64,000 nt of DNA from Ramazzottius varieornatus. Taxonomy: Eukaryota; Animalia; Tardigrada. This document shows positions 25,664 to 39,499 of the stretch, one piece after another (within the stretch, counting starts at the first letter, position 1; each line of letters begins with the position of its first letter). The stretch covers positions 4,887,624 through 4,951,623 of the forward strand of contig BDGG01000001.1 in NCBI GenBank assembly GCA_001949185.1, in the 5' to 3' direction. The notes below the pieces were generated by a model. The model saw only the letters and a program-made list of their open reading frames with translations, did no database searches and had not been told where the DNA came from. The position numbers and the translations under genes were made by a program.

Positions 25664-27920
25664 CGAGGGGATTGAGCCAATGCTTCAGTCTTATTTCACA
25701 AACTGAAACGACAGACAGGTAGAGGAGAGTTTTCTCTATCGACTGGGATAGACCAGGCCGGCAGAAAAAAATCCTGGAAGACGCAACAGGAAGCGGAAGT
25801 GACGTCAAAACCTGGGCGGAACATCGGCATCAGTCAAGTAATTTGATTGTGTGCTGGTTGATTCGCTATTTGATTGGTCTGTAACACTATATGGGTAGAC
25901 GAGCAGCTGATCACTACGGTTTTGATTGTTGTGTCAAACTTCGTTCTCTTTTCTCGTTTTCTCTCCTCCAGTCATCGCAGACATGGATTCTATTAAAACC
26001 TTGAACATCCTAAAGCTTTTGGAGATGGACTATGAACTTTTGGAGATGGACTTTTGAAGCCTATCCGAATCCAACATTCGCTTGCAGACTTTCTGGACAT
26101 TTACATCAACCAAGCTGGAAGTCCGATCTTCAGTACGAGCGACAGATCAGTATGTCGACGTTCGAAGAGTTCGAAAAGTCTGTCGCAGAACTCAACCTGT
26201 TGACAGGACATCGCGAAGCCGATTTTGAGCCACCCCAAACGATCGCCTTGTAGAACCTGACTCAAGCGCAACTGAACCTTCTTCGCATGAGCTGTTTGTG
26301 CCTAGAATTCCCGATCCAAAAGTGCCATCGAGCCAAGCAGCTGATCTCGATTACAAGAAACGCACCGTGCGATTCTGGAGTAATACCATCACAAAGAAGC
26401 GACGTAGTTTGTCAAGTGTTCAAGTCTTATTCAAGAAAGTTACCAGAGTGCGTCAGCTCAATGAATGGGAGCGGCAGGTAGAAAACGGTGATTCGCGTAT
26501 CGATAAGCTGAAGGCGTTACGACTGGAGACTGGAAGACAGTTCTTTCTTGCCAAGCAGAAGCCTCACGTAGTGAAAGACATAGACATCCGGCGATGGGCT
26601 GTCACCGCGAATAGCGAGATCGACCTTCCTTGTTTTGTAGCGTCGTCATATTGGGTTAGCAGATTTAGCGGTAAGTGCCATATCGCGTTCTAATTTTATT
26701 CGGTGATAGCGACGCCTGAGTGAACCTTTTGTTGTCAATATTCCTCAACGAATTAATTTGCGGTTTAGGTCCTACGGCATCTGCGACCGCAAAATCACCA
26801 GGTTCGTGACAGAAAAGTATCTGCAGGAAGAACCAGATAGAAAGAAGAGTGCTGACTAATGCGTTGCTCTCGTCAGATCAAGGATTCAAGCATTTGGACT
26901 GGACTGCCTCTGGAACGCTGATCAGTCTGGATTCGAATACGAGATGAGGCCAGGTCGGACTTTGGATTTGCTGGGCGCAAAGCACGTTCTTGCTCTCACT
27001 GTGTCTTAGAATTCCATGACTCACAGTTACACTGTGATGATGTGTGTCTCACCAGGTGCTCGAAAGTATCTTCCCGTTCTTTTCATTACACTGCAGAAAG
27101 TTAAAGGTGTCTTCGGGCCGATCGTGAAAAGAACGATGTTTAAAGCGAGCAACCTTCACGTTACCGCATCATCATCCGGCAAAATGACAAAGGAGCTTTT
27201 CGTCGAATGGTGCGAAAAGGTTTTCTTCCCACAAATGGACGGATATTGCTTGTTCCTGGTAGATTCTTGGCCGACGTTTGCCGATCAAAAAGCTGTAGAG
27301 GAAGTCAAGCCAGAAGAACTGGAGTACGAGATGATCACAATTCCTCCTAAAGTCACCGGCCAGATCCAGCCTCTAGATGTGCTGCGTTTTCGGATGTACA
27401 AAGGATACTTTCGAAAGGTGTCAAATTGGATATTTCTGAACGATCAACCTGTACAGGTTCACCATCGGGACGTTATTCTCATGCTGCATTCGCTGATCTA
27501 TCAGCAGTTCACTTCTCGTAGGTTTGAAAATCTCATCGCACAAGCCGGGCATTTGTCTGGATATATTGACAGGTCTTACAAGTACGTAAATCCTGCGGAA
27601 TTTTGTTTTGATGGACTAGTTGGTCCTTGTGACCGTGTTGACTGTAACCGCTCGTTGCTGTTGAAGTGTGGCTGGTGTAAGGCTTCATTGTGCTTCCATC
27701 ATTTTTACGAGAGATATCATTTATGTAAAACTTATGTTCCTTGATGGTCTATCTTTACCATGTTCCGCTCAGATTCTGACGTCACTTCCGTTTCCTGTTG
27801 TGTCTTCCAGGATTTTTTTCTGCCGGCCTGGTCTATCCCAGTCGATAGAGAAAACTCTCCTCTACCTGTCTGTCGTTTCAGTTTGTGAAATAAGACTGGA
27901 GCATTGGCTCAATCCCCTCG
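25664..27920 (+). mobile_element. Tc4/Tc5-like (pogo superfamily) DNA transposon, defective
   Basis: ~160-bp TIRs beginning CGAGGGGATTGAGCCAATG; TTA on both flanks (25661-63, 27921-23); contains transposase remnants. Confidence 0.88.
25983..27744 (+). pseudogene. Tc5-type DDE transposase pseudogene
   Basis: WNADQSGF…GRTL…THSYT, LVDSW and IQPLD (37 residues between D2 and D3); C-terminal CxxxxC…CxxCxxxLCFxHF; intron ~26671-26768; in-frame stops at 26857 and 27007; 5' start approximate. Confidence 0.8.
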
Positions 27921-28061
27921 TTAGTGGTGACTGTGGTGTTCGATAGACGTATGGACTTTACACTGTAAAAATTTCTAGCCTCGACCAAAACGCAAGATTT
28001 CGGAGAAAGACACCAAGAAAGCACGATGGCCTCGTCAGGGAACAATGTTGTTTTGAAACAT

Positions 28062-28138
28062 AGCATCATAGAAGGGCAGCGACATCAGGCGCCTATAGAG
28101 ACTCCAAGTTCCTAACGTCGCTGCCCTTCTATGATGCT
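28062..28138. repeat. Palindrome/hairpin
   Basis: agcatcatagaagggcagcgac … gtcgctgcccttctatgatgct. Confidence 0.8.
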
Positions 28139-28619
28139 TTGCCTGAAAACAGAAATACTATTAGGAGTCTCCAGGTGTTTTCAGGGATTTCTCGCCTCTT
28201 AACCCAACGTATCAAGGGGTTACGTTGTTGTGCTCCCTTTAGGAGAGAGCCAACACTGTGTAACAATGAACCGCCGTGTAAAAATATCTACACGGAGGAT
28301 CCGTCAACTGGCAGCCGATCTTGACTCTCGCCAGAGCTGATAGCTGACAAAACTGAGACGTTTTTCATTCAGTACTAAACCAATAATTACTCTGTGACAG
28401 TCAATAATGGAACACTTCCCTCTTTAAGATCCGTGGGCTTCCGTACCGCCTAACAGCCTAAAACCTATTTTCCACCTTCATGGACCATGGTATAATTACA
28501 TACATATAATTATGTAATTATATCTTGCTTGTTCGATGGCGTTCACAATGCTGCAGATCTGCCACCTACCGGCGACTACTGTACAACGCACTGCGTCTCA
28601 ACTCTCAAGTCCCAACCTC

Positions 28620-28900
28620 AACTTCGGGCAACTTGGGCAAGATTCGCAAGAGTCCAACCGTGTGGAAATATCTCTTACAACTTTCCCGTGATATCATAAG
28701 GTAGCTTCATAGTACTGCGTGTGTTTCTATCATTCAGTTGGAGCGGCGATACTGGAGAGTGGAGACGAACGGCAGAAAGCTGCAGATAGTGCCAAGACCA
28801 CCTGTGATCCAACTGATCTTGTCGACACTCACGCAACGTGGAAATCCGACTCCTCCATGACATTCCAGCTATTTTGAACAGCAACTGAAGTTTGGAGCTT
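28620..28900 (-). pseudogene. Possible BEL/Pao-like integrase remnant
   Basis: Fragments HGGV…WITGG…FHTVGL in shifting frames resemble the integrase zinc-binding region and core start. Confidence 0.2.
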
Positions 28901-30184
28901 GTGAAACATCATGGGCAACCGGAAACGATCTGTGACTGGAAACTGCGACTATCCACGCTCACCGTCTGCTACATCGACAGCGTGCTGGCCCCCATCTCAT
29001 GCGGAAATATCTCCTGATGGCCTGTCTTCCCTAGAACAATCGGTCGATCCTCCGCTACTTATCAGCAAGTAGGTCCACTTCGTGTTGTCCTGTCTGCAGA
29101 CTGTGGCATAAGTTTGGACGAGGACTCTGCATGGTTCATTCCGGCAGAGCACGAGGCCACCTGTTGAACCACACGTCTGTGGAACGCACCCACGTGATCT
29201 TCGGGGCGTCTATTCACCAGAGTTCGCGGCTGGGTCGATCACGTGGCTTGCGTTATACGGTCGATTTGCTAAATCTGTATTGCATTAAACATCCATAGTC
29301 CCATAGTCGGTAGTTCAGTAACTCCAGGTCATTTTATGATACCCTAGTTTGCGTTGCATGCCGCAAAGAATTTCGGGCAGATGGCGGTTATAAACCGTCA
29401 CTTTTGATTCCGGGCGATCATGCAAATAGCCAGGACGTTAGGTTATAGAGCTCACTGATAAGGTATCGGGAAAACTCTGTTTGCGAATGGCTACGCTCCC
29501 GCTACGTTTAAGATGCGTCCCCACTGTTGAAACTCACAGATGTCGTGCGAGAGAAATGTCCTAAATTTCTGTTGACCAATCTGTAAATTCTGCAGTGCCA
29601 AACTTTGGAATCTTGTACCTATTTGCAGGGGGTGTATAGCGAGTAAAAGTACAGGAAGCGACGTGTGGGGTTGGTAAACCTAACTTGGAAACAGCACAGT
29701 GATGCCTCCTCTAAGTGAGCATCTACCTTTCTAATTTAGCGTCTTTGGATATCTCATCGAAGACCGCACAGGTAGTTAGCTAAGGTCCTAAGGAAAGCAC
29801 GCGCTGCATGTTTCTAACTGAATCAACATTCACCTTCGCTCTGAGCGGGATTAGTCGTCGAGCGACATCGTTGGTGATTGCGTCTCGTCTGGTACTGATA
29901 AGACGAGATACTGAACAGCTTGAAAAACACACTTTGACTACGGGCTAAAAAATACAGCCATTGCCTATCTTGTTTCTGCTCGTTTCCGCCATCTAACCAC
30001 TACAGCGTAATGACAAGAACGCTTATGGCAGTGTGGTAAGAAGCTGTCATTGCCAGGTTTATCATCGGAAGCCAGGAGATAACTATGGTTTTCCCTTAGC
30101 AGCTGAGCTTATGGCCGACTGATTCGTGTTTTGACTTGCAGTGGATCGGAGGAGCAACAGGTTGCAAGTGCGAAAAGGCTGAAG

Positions 30185-33100
30185 ATGGACGAGGAAGACC
30201 GTGGAGCCACGTACTATTTGCTGCTGTATGGATGCACGGGGTACGGCGAACTGTCGCTCAAATCGAACTGTGGTGATGGGGATGTGTCCAAAGGGGGTAC
30301 CAGTACGGGTAATGCTGCTGGTGGTGGGTCCGACGTGGGAATGAAGAGGGAGGCTCTTTCTCCCTCTGTTAACGTTGCAGCTGGTGCGGGTCTAAATGCT
30401 CAGTTATCCTACTCTTGGGATGAAGAAGCTGACTCTGTCCTCTTGGCTTGGGCTCTCTTGCGGGCTTCCGACAACAAGGTACGGTATGCTTTTTTCGCTT
30501 CCTGGTTTCCTTCCCCAGTGTTCCCCGGTGAGTTACGTAGTAGGGAAAATTTGTCGGATAGAAGATTCTTCCGCTTGGCCGAATTGTCGGGGTTTTCTGC
30601 TGGCAAGGTGGATGTTTTTGGTTGAGCTTGACAAGAGCACTTGGTACGAGCGAGCAAACAGGTTTCTCCTCGCTGGTTGCGGATCGTGTTATGTAACAGT
30701 CTAGAATGCAAACTTTCGCCTGTGTTTTTCTTGATGTGGACCAATGTACCATAACAGACGCATGTTTTCTCAGTGACGTCGGTTTTCTTTGTGTGGTCTC
30801 ATTATGGTAGTGGGTCTATATTTTTGTTGCACCAGGTCTTGTTGGTGGATGAACGCCAAATTCGATCGTTGTCCGGTTCGGCTAAACTGAACGATGCATT
30901 CGCCACACGAGCCAACTTGACGAATGAGGAACTGCTGCAAAGTCCGTTCAGTTTCTCTGACGTGATTGCACAGGTAAAATGTGTAGTTCGAATCGTTCAT
31001 TTTCCCAGTTTTCGAGAGGATCGGAGAGTACTGAGTCTTTATATGCTCGGTTTAGATGCAGAATCGGGTGGACGAGAATGTCGGACCAAAGGACTCTGTG
31101 GTATGCGTGACTCCTGGCTGCGAGCTTCTTCGTCAACAGCTACTTCCCGAATGCGTCCGTCGTGGTGTGGAGGTGCCTGCCTTCTTCTTCTCATACGTGG
31201 ATCTCTTCGATGTCGAAGGCAGCAAGAGTATGCTCAGCGTGAATATTTCGTCAATTCCAGACCGCCTCTCGGAGCTGATGGAAAGTAAGTCCCCCGTCTT
31301 GCCCAGTAGCTCGCCATCAATCGAGCGAGATATTTCGTTTTCGCCATGACAATATGGGAAATGTTGCGAATGTCCCCGTTAGACAATCAGCTGAAGCTGA
31401 ACGAAAGAGAGGAAGGACTGACTTACGGCACGCAACGAGTGACGGAAATGGTGGCGTTGGTGCAAGCCGCCTCTTCGCAGCATCTCGACGGTCTCGTCCC
31501 TCAGACAATCTCACAGCGATATGAACCGGGCCTATGGTAAATACCAGCTACTCGTTCGGCTGTAAGAAGCCTGTGGTTAGCCTGTTTTGATGAGAAGTCT
31601 TGCAGTAAGAGGGAAGACATCTTGGATGACGCGGTGGTACGTACCCGAGGTCTGCCCTGGCAAGCGTCGGACCAAGACCTGGCTCGCCTTTTCTTCGGGC
31701 TGGATGTCCCCAGGTACCAAATTCGACTAACACACAAAGTGTCCCGTTGTAGATGTGACGGGTAATTTTATCTTGCAGAGGTGGTATTGCTTTGTGCCTC
31801 AGCTCCACTGGTCGGCGAAATGGCGAAGCGATCGTCCTGTTGGCCAACAGTCAGCAGCGGGCGCTTGCCCTACTGCGGAATCGCCATCATATGGATCGTC
31901 GCTATGTGGAAATCTATCCGGCACTCGCGGAAGATTTCCAGCACGTAACAGGAGGTTCGTCCACTGGCCGACTTTCATCGGACTAAAAATCCCGTTCATC
32001 TTGGCAATAAACACATCCGCCAGTGTGACTTTTCTTCAGGCTGTACCAGCGAAGCCGAAGCTTTCCTGCACAAACCAGCCGACGTCATAGTTCGAATGCG
32101 AGGTCTGCCCTACGAGGCCACCGCCAGCCAAATCTGCCAGTTCTTCGCCGACGGCGGTGTCGAAGTGGTCGATGGTGAAGACGGGGTCCTCTTCGTGAAA
32201 AGCCGTAACGACCGTTCCACGGGTGACGCTTTCGTCCTCTTTCGAACCGAAGAAGACGGTCAGAAAGCCCTGGACAAGAACAAGCAACGTATCGGCTCCC
32301 GATACATCGAGCTGTTCCGCTCCACCACGTCCGAAGTGCAACAAGTCATGAACAAGACCCAGGAACAGAAAGAAGCTCAGCAGCCTCTGATCCCTATCCC
32401 ACCCCCTTTACCTTTCCCTGCGCTCTTTATTCCCCCACAACAGCCACCCAAGGTGGAGAAGACGTGTTTGAGGTTGAGAGGCTTGCCTTTCGAAGCGGAC
32501 GTTGAGGACATTTTGGGTTTCCTCGGCCCGCACTCGGCACATATTGTCATGCAGGGTATCCATATGGTCTACAACGCACAAGGTAACGCCTGCGGAGAGG
32601 CCTTTGTCCAGATGGACAGTGACCAGGCTGCATTCAGAGCCAGTATCGATCGTCATCACAAGTTTATCGACATGGGCAAGTATAACAAGAAGAACCGGTA
32701 CATTGAGGTATACCAGTGCAGTCCGGATGAAATGTCTGGTGGTGCCATTATGAGCCCTCTGACGTCACCACAAGGTCCTGGAGGAAGTACCCAGCAGGTG
32801 GCGCCACCGAATATACCGTTTCCGCTTACTCGCCAACCCATCCTCTCTCAAGGTACTTTCCTTCACTTTCCTGTTGTCTGCGCTACGTTGAACTTTTTCG
32901 TATTGCGTAGGTTTGGGTGGCTTGAATTCTTTCGGGCTTCAGCAGCAAGTTCCACAAGCGACCATTCTCAACGCCAACCTGGCGCGACTGCAGATGCTGA
33001 TGGGCCAGCCCGGCCCGAATGCTAGCCTTCTCCAGCAGATGATGGCTGCTGGGGGACTTCAGCAGCAAAACCAAGCGTTGAATCTCAGTGGGCTGAACCA

Positions 33101-33712
33101 GTGGCCGCTCAACCCGACTTCGCACATATCGCCAACCTTTCTCTTCCCTCAGTCTGTGATACCTCAGCAGTTGCCCCCACGGTTTCCGAACCAAGCATCC
33201 TTCTTCAGTAATATTCCCTCCAATGTCAATGTCCGTGCCAAAGACAGCGCCACTTATTCCTTTCTATATCTTCGCAACCTACCCTTCGCAGCTACGCCCC
33301 ACGACGTCGCACTTTTCCTTGGTGGTCCCCATGTGGTAAGATTATTTCGCACAAACCATTCCTCGACCAGTAGGAGATCGGCAAACGAGATGTACAGGAC
33401 CGTTATCTCAAGTGGCGCATTTTTTCGTTGTTTGTAGCCGGAAGGGCGCACTGTCTGAGATAACGATCTTGTTCGTTTCGTTTGCGACCTAGGAAATGTG
33501 AGTTGTGACGGAAGAATACTGTAATTCTAAGTGATGTATTGGTATGGTAGGTGGGAGCGGATTGTGTTCAGATGAGCCGGCACCTGGATGGTCGACCCAA
33601 TGGTGAAGCAGTGGTACTGGTGGAAGATCGTAGCCTGGCCGAGCGACTTGTTCGCCAAAAGAACCAGACACTTTTGGCCGGCCGTAAAATTATTGTTAGC
33701 CACCTTGCTTAA
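30185..33712 (+). CDS. fus: Epithelial splicing regulatory protein / fusilli homolog (DnaQ-like N-terminus, quasi-RRMs)
   Basis: qRRM motifs RGLPWQASDQDLARFF, MRGLPYEATASQICQFF…TGDAFVLF…RYIELFRST and LRLRGLPFEA…GEAFVQM…RYIEVYQCS; Q/P-rich linker; C-terminal RRM. Confidence 0.9.
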
Positions 33713-34230
33713 GATTTGTTGCGTTCTGTTCGGCTTGTGTTCATGCTAATACTTTTCCTGATGTATTCCTCATGGAAAAAGGAGTGGAATTAAATATTGC
33801 GTCGTCGAATAGACTGACTGCATTAGGCAAAAGAAACTCATTTTAACTTGTTGACATCACTGGGATATTACATAACTGTAATGAAATTTGGCAGGACATT
33901 TTACTTTGACTTTATGCCGCAGGGTCTTTGGGTATTGTCGACGGTGTACGTAAAGATTTACTTTCATCTCATTTGATCAATTTCTCGGGCAAGAGCTGTG
34001 TGGAACGGGTATTCTGTAGTGGGTCGTCAATACTTCGTTTTCAACCTTTGACGCAAGTAGAAAGTTTACGTCACTAAAGTATTTTTACCGTGGTATGCGA
34101 CACGCAAGACTGAGGCTTTTCTTGACCAACTGGAAAAAGTGCCGAATGGGACCATGAGTAAGAACACGGAGGTGTTTCGGATTATTCCGCCTGGAAGAAA
34201 TATGGTTTCGCTCTAATCTAGAACCGAGTC

Positions 34231-35624
34231 ATGAGGCTGCCGACTGAAAAGATTATCTTGCGGGTACTGGTTCCTACACTAGCTTGCCTTACGCTCTTCA
34301 TGTTTTCGATCGTCAAATGGGAGAACATCTCTGCCATCTATTTCCGACCGGCGGAAGAAGTCAAAAGAGTCCAGCTCGAAATAATGGAAGTAATAGGGCC
34401 TGACAAACAGGATCTGGCTGCGTGGGAGCGCTTGGCTGGTAGCGAACTGGACCTGGAGGAAACTCGCTGGATACGTTACCTTCTGATGGAGCCACAAGGT
34501 ACGTGGGCGTCTTTACGAAAACTCGAACTCAGGGTGATTATTTCGAGAATCCCTTGTCGTGACCTTCTTCGGTCATTGCAGAGACAGTGATTTTCCCCGA
34601 TAACACCAAGTACTTGCTCACACCTTCCGCAGTCCGCAACAGGAGCTCTTCGACGGAGTATCTTTTCATCATCTTCACACATTCAGCCGTCTCTCATTTT
34701 AAGATGCGTACCAAGGTGAGTATCGCTACATGAAGAAAACCATCTCAGTTTATCTCACCGGTGTCAAGCTAATGGTGCTTTCAGGTGAGGGAAACGTGGG
34801 CGGATACGAACTACCTTCGACGGACCAAGTCAATCAACTTCTTCGTAATGGGATCACCAGCCGGCAATGACGAACACTGTCATGAGTTGCAAGCCAACGT
34901 CACTGCGGAAAGCGAACTCTACCAGGACATTTTGCAAGGAGACTTTATCGACACGTACCGAAACCTGACTCTCAAGCACCGCCTGGCTCTCCGCTTCTTG
35001 TCCGAAGAATGCAACGAGACGAGCTACCGCTTTGCTTTCAAGACAGACGACGACATCGTCCTCGACGTGATCGCTTTCGCCCATTACATGACAAATGTGG
35101 ACGAGACAAAGTTAGTTGACCCAGAAAGAAGTATTTACTGCGCACATACGGTCCTTTCGGAGATCACGCCGAGAGTCGAAGATTTCAAGTGGTATATCAA
35201 ACCCGAGGAGTATGCCGGCCAAAAATATCCGACATTTTGTATTGGAAACGCGTACTTGTTGACGAGTCAGCTTCCGACCTTACTGTACGACATGTCGTTC
35301 TACACCAAGCCCCTCTGGGTCGACGACGCATATTTTTCGGGGCTCGTGGCTTACAATGTGGGGAACGTGTCCTACGTTCAACTGCCTGGACAATTCATAA
35401 CCGTACCCATACAGTACAACTCGACTGCGGAAGCTCTGAAAGCAAAGAAATGGCTGGTCCACACTTGGCAAAACCCTGACGATTTTGACCGTTATCACTT
35501 GGCGTTCCATAGCCGTCACGATCTCGATATTCGCGAACAGTACCGCAAAAGTTTGACAAACATTTCAGAGGAGCTTAAGTCGGACGATATTTTTGAATAT
35601 TTACCCAAGGCCAACCCGAAATGA
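34231..35624 (+). CDS. GT31 beta-1,3-galactosyltransferase-like type II Golgi enzyme
   Basis: N-terminal TM; RETW, ESELYQDILQGDFIDTYRNLTLK, FKTDDD, YPTFCIGNAY and LWVDDAYFSG motifs. Confidence 0.9.
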
Positions 35625-36344
35625 AAAGTTTAATGTAGTCGTTGAAGCTAATTTCGTAAACCGAAACCGACTTCCGCGTTCTGCGATCTTTGTGCTGAGG
35701 TATACGTAGCCATTGCTTGGAGAAAATCACACCAACGGCGGTATATGTACCGTTGTGCTGGCATTGCTGCCAACTGGAACGCTTAACAATAATAATTATT
35801 CTACTTTGCAGCGCTCACTGTTAGGTCTGAAGCGTTTTACAATTTTCGGTTCTTATGGAGGCTTTTATTTTTGGCCCGGCTTCAAGTAAGCTGTTTAGTT
35901 ATGCTGGAAAACTGCGTGAAAAACTCGACTAATATAACTTCCGGTGGGGAAGTAGTATCGTCGGTTTCTGCTCCAACCTGCTCAAAGCTGCGCCAAGCAT
36001 TTCAGCGAACTTTGGCAGGATGTAGGTCGGTTTAGTAAACCTGGTTGATTCCGATCCAGAACTCGAAAGTCTGCGAGCACTCTTTTACAGTAATCACACC
36101 GAATGCATAAGTCGAAGGGTTGTCAGGAAACGCTTTCGTAGTTGAATGCAATCAAGGAAGCAGGCGGGAAACGAACTTAACATTCGGAATCAGTTTTTGG
36201 GCGAACAGTGTACTGAATCTGCCGCTAAGCTACTCTGCTCTATTATTTTCTGACGAAGAACGGCCCAACTGTGATGTACTTTTCGTATTAAACAAAGGAG
36301 CTGGACACTATTTTGCAGTAAAGGGATAATTTCTATCAACAAGG

Positions 36345-38536
36345 ATGGATTCGACGCAGTCGGATCCCCCTGAAGTCCCTCCTTCAGCCTATGCGCCGCG
36401 CCATCCTCGTAACTCGAATGTCCGCGACACATTCGATTCTATTGCGCCATTTCAGCCACTTCGGAAAGATGGCTGCGGTGTGCCGCGTAACCTTACTCGG
36501 GAGTTCCATCACTTCAGTATTGTACCCATTGAAGAGGTGGACGATGATGAAGGATGCTACATCGGCGATTGCGACAATCCTCCGAAAAAGAGATCGATGA
36601 AGACACCGAGTCAGATTGCAATGGAGGAAGGCGTCAACGGCAAACATCAAAAATGTTGGATGGCCAAAGATGTTGTTATTGATCTGATTGACAATCCGAA
36701 TCTCGATCTTGAAAAGTACGAGGAACAGAAGCGGAAAGAAGATGAGAGGATCAAGCTGGAAGAACTGCAGAGGAAGGCTAAGCAGGAAGCCTCGGCCAAA
36801 GCCAAAGGCCGATTCAACAAAGCGCTGATGGCCACTCGTCAGTACGAGTTACTTCCGTATCTCATGCCAAAATTGTATTCAAACTCTTGCCATTCAGATA
36901 GATGAGAATGTGTCTGTTTCAGGGATGAGGAACATCTTGAATGAGAACATCGAAACGATGAAGCTAGAGCGCGAAATGGGCGACTGCAAACCCAAGAGAC
37001 GGTTCGAAGACCCATTGATCCGTCTTCAAAGGCGCATGATCAACGAAAATAAAGCCCATTTTATTTTGTGAGTTCTGCTCCCTTCGCCTTTTATATGGAA
37101 TATTTTTTTCGTCTGTCTATCCGGTACCTAACTTCGAAGCTGGGCAAACAAAACGTTCAAGATCATTTTCATTTGTGGCGCAGCCTTCCAGCTAAAACAA
37201 CGAGAACATGCGTCACTTAACAAACGACCTTATACTGTACGATTTGTTTGCCCAGCTCCCATTTTGTTTTTCCGCGAAACCTTTTAAAATTATTCGAGAG
37301 GTCATTTGCTGTTTCGTAGGTTGCATGAGCGGTTACTAGAGTTGTGGAAGAAAAGCATCCTCTGTGACGTCATCATAAAAACCTGCGACGGTCTCGTTCC
37401 CTGTCACTCCGCCATGTTGTCCGCGCACTGCAGGTACTGGGCCGAATACTGTAACGAGACCACCGGCGACGCCTGCCGCATGCCTCCATCGCCCGTCGAG
37501 CTGGACTTCCGAAGGCGAGTTACGGGTCTCGGTATCCGTACCGTGCTGAACTACCTGTACAGCGGACGGATCAAAGTCGACCATCACAACTGCGTCGAGG
37601 TCTTCGACGCTGCTCGCGCTCTCAAGATTCGAGACTTGACGCATCTGACAGAACGTTTCATCAAGGTTCTTCTTCAAGACCACAACCTATGGAGTGTGGT
37701 CACCGCCACCAGAGACAAGTTTCCTTCTTCTATCTTCGACATTGCATGGACGAAGTTGGCCACACGGTTTGTTCGGTTATCAAAGTCGCCTGAGTTCAAG
37801 CAGCTCAGCCTGGAAGATCTCATCTGGTTCCTGCAGTCCGACGAACTTCTTGTATCCGTACGTGAACTCTCGGTCTCTCGAGGTACTAATCTTTTCGGAA
37901 TTTGATGTGTGTTTTCCAGAGTGAGTACCAAGTGTTCGAAGCAGCGATGATCTGGTTCAAGGAGGAACGCGACGCTCGCAAACGGTACTTCCGGCGGCTG
38001 ATGGAATGCGTGCGGTTCGCCTACATGACCACGGACGAGTTGGTTGAATGTATGAAATACGACGTCATCTTCCAGGAAGAACTGGGCATCGACATTCTCT
38101 GTGAAGCCAACTTGTACGTATAGTTATGTCACGGACTTCAGGTAGGTTGGGCGTGGTTCAATGCAATGTTTTCTGTGTGTTCAGGGCCAAGCTTCTTGCT
38201 CATGAGAACCAGCAATGGTCGGGATACGAGATCCCCCCGGCACGCCGCCCGGACTTCGAGCCCAGAGTAAAAGCTTTCGAGAATCCAGGCCGGATGGAGA
38301 GGCTACAGGAGAAAGCTCTAATGAAGACCTTGGACAAACGAGGTACGTCATATTCAGTCTCGCAAGAACCGATAACCTGTGTTGTATTACAATATTGTAT
38401 CCGGTTCAGTTTCGTATTTTATTCCTTGGTCTAATTGGTGTTGTTTACAGTGTCGACGAACAATCTGGATTTGGGCAAGCTATTCGACAAGAAGTTCCTC
38501 GTACCTGTTTACCACGAAGTACGAGCCAGCTTTTAG
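36345..38536 (+). CDS. BTB/POZ-BACK domain protein lacking kelch repeats
   Basis: LCDVIIK…CHSAMLSAHCRYW…LNYLYSGRI (BTB); EFKQLSLEDL…L/SEYQVFEAAMIWF…LMECVRF (BACK); short last exon ends TAG at 38534-36. Confidence 0.8.
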
Positions 38537-38879
38537 AGGAGTCCAAAAGTCATGAATCTTCGTTGGTCGAAGGAAGACGTCGCGCTAGTCCACGTGAACA
38601 AGATAGCCTTTTTCCCTTTTACCAAGCATCTGCGATCTTTCTTACAAGTTTTATTGCTTTATTGTGTCGAAAACGTTGAAGACTGCACTGGTCTTCCATC
38701 ACGGTCGTTCCGAAGCTATTTGATGGGTTGAACTCCACGGTTCGAATCGTAACATTTCAGATGAAATTCACCGCAAACGCACAAACTGGGGCAAACACAC
38801 AAGCTGTACAAATAGAACTAAATAATCCTACAGCTCAAATTCTGACAACGCTAGTGCGGAAAAGTGAATATCTGCTTAA

Positions 38880-39406
38880 CACCTTCAGCACGATCGTTTT
38901 CATGTTTGCAGAATACTACCGTCCTCTTTGTGTATACAGGAATTTTATTGGCTGGTACTGTGTTGCGGATGCTGGTCCAACCAATAGGCAATTTTCCAAA
39001 TTTCAAAATTCGGATAATTGGCAGGCCATGAACGCCAAACCTCAAAAGGGAGAACTGGTCGTCTTGATTTTCTTCTGACCGCACTGATGACTACAAAATT
39101 TATCCCAGGCTCGGCTTCGATAGATAAGACTGTCCCCAGTACACCAGTTTTTTCTAGGCGAATACCGTGCACGTGTCTCGCGCGAAGAGACGAAACACCA
39201 AATTTCACCAAAACCACCCGAAACCGTAGAAAAAATTTCCAGCGTGCGGGGGTTTTGCTGACCGCTGGTTATTAGTGTTGCTTTGGTGAGAAGACCGAGG
39301 TACATGCAAACAAAAAGACCGTGACCCGAAAGACCAAAAGCTAAAACTGGGAGGTGAATAAAACTGAGTGATTGTATACACAAAGAGGACGGTCGTACGC
39401 AGAGTG
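38880..39406 (+). mobile_element. piggyBac-like non-autonomous element, copy 1
   Basis: TTAA|caccttcagcacga … tcgtacgcagagtg|TTAA; subterminal IR ccgtcctctttgtgtataca / tgtatacacaaagaggacgg; collinear with 44536-45061. Confidence 0.8.
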
Positions 39407-39499
39407 TTAAAAGCTCTAAATAATAATCGTTCCTGCAGTCGTAGCAGCTTCTATCAAATCGGGATGAGCCTTGAGTTCTCAAAGCTTAGTTAGTTTCTG

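Noticed and set aside
25566-25808. Similar ORFs at 25566-25808 (-) and 27668-27946 (+)
   Set aside because: Translations of the transposon TIRs
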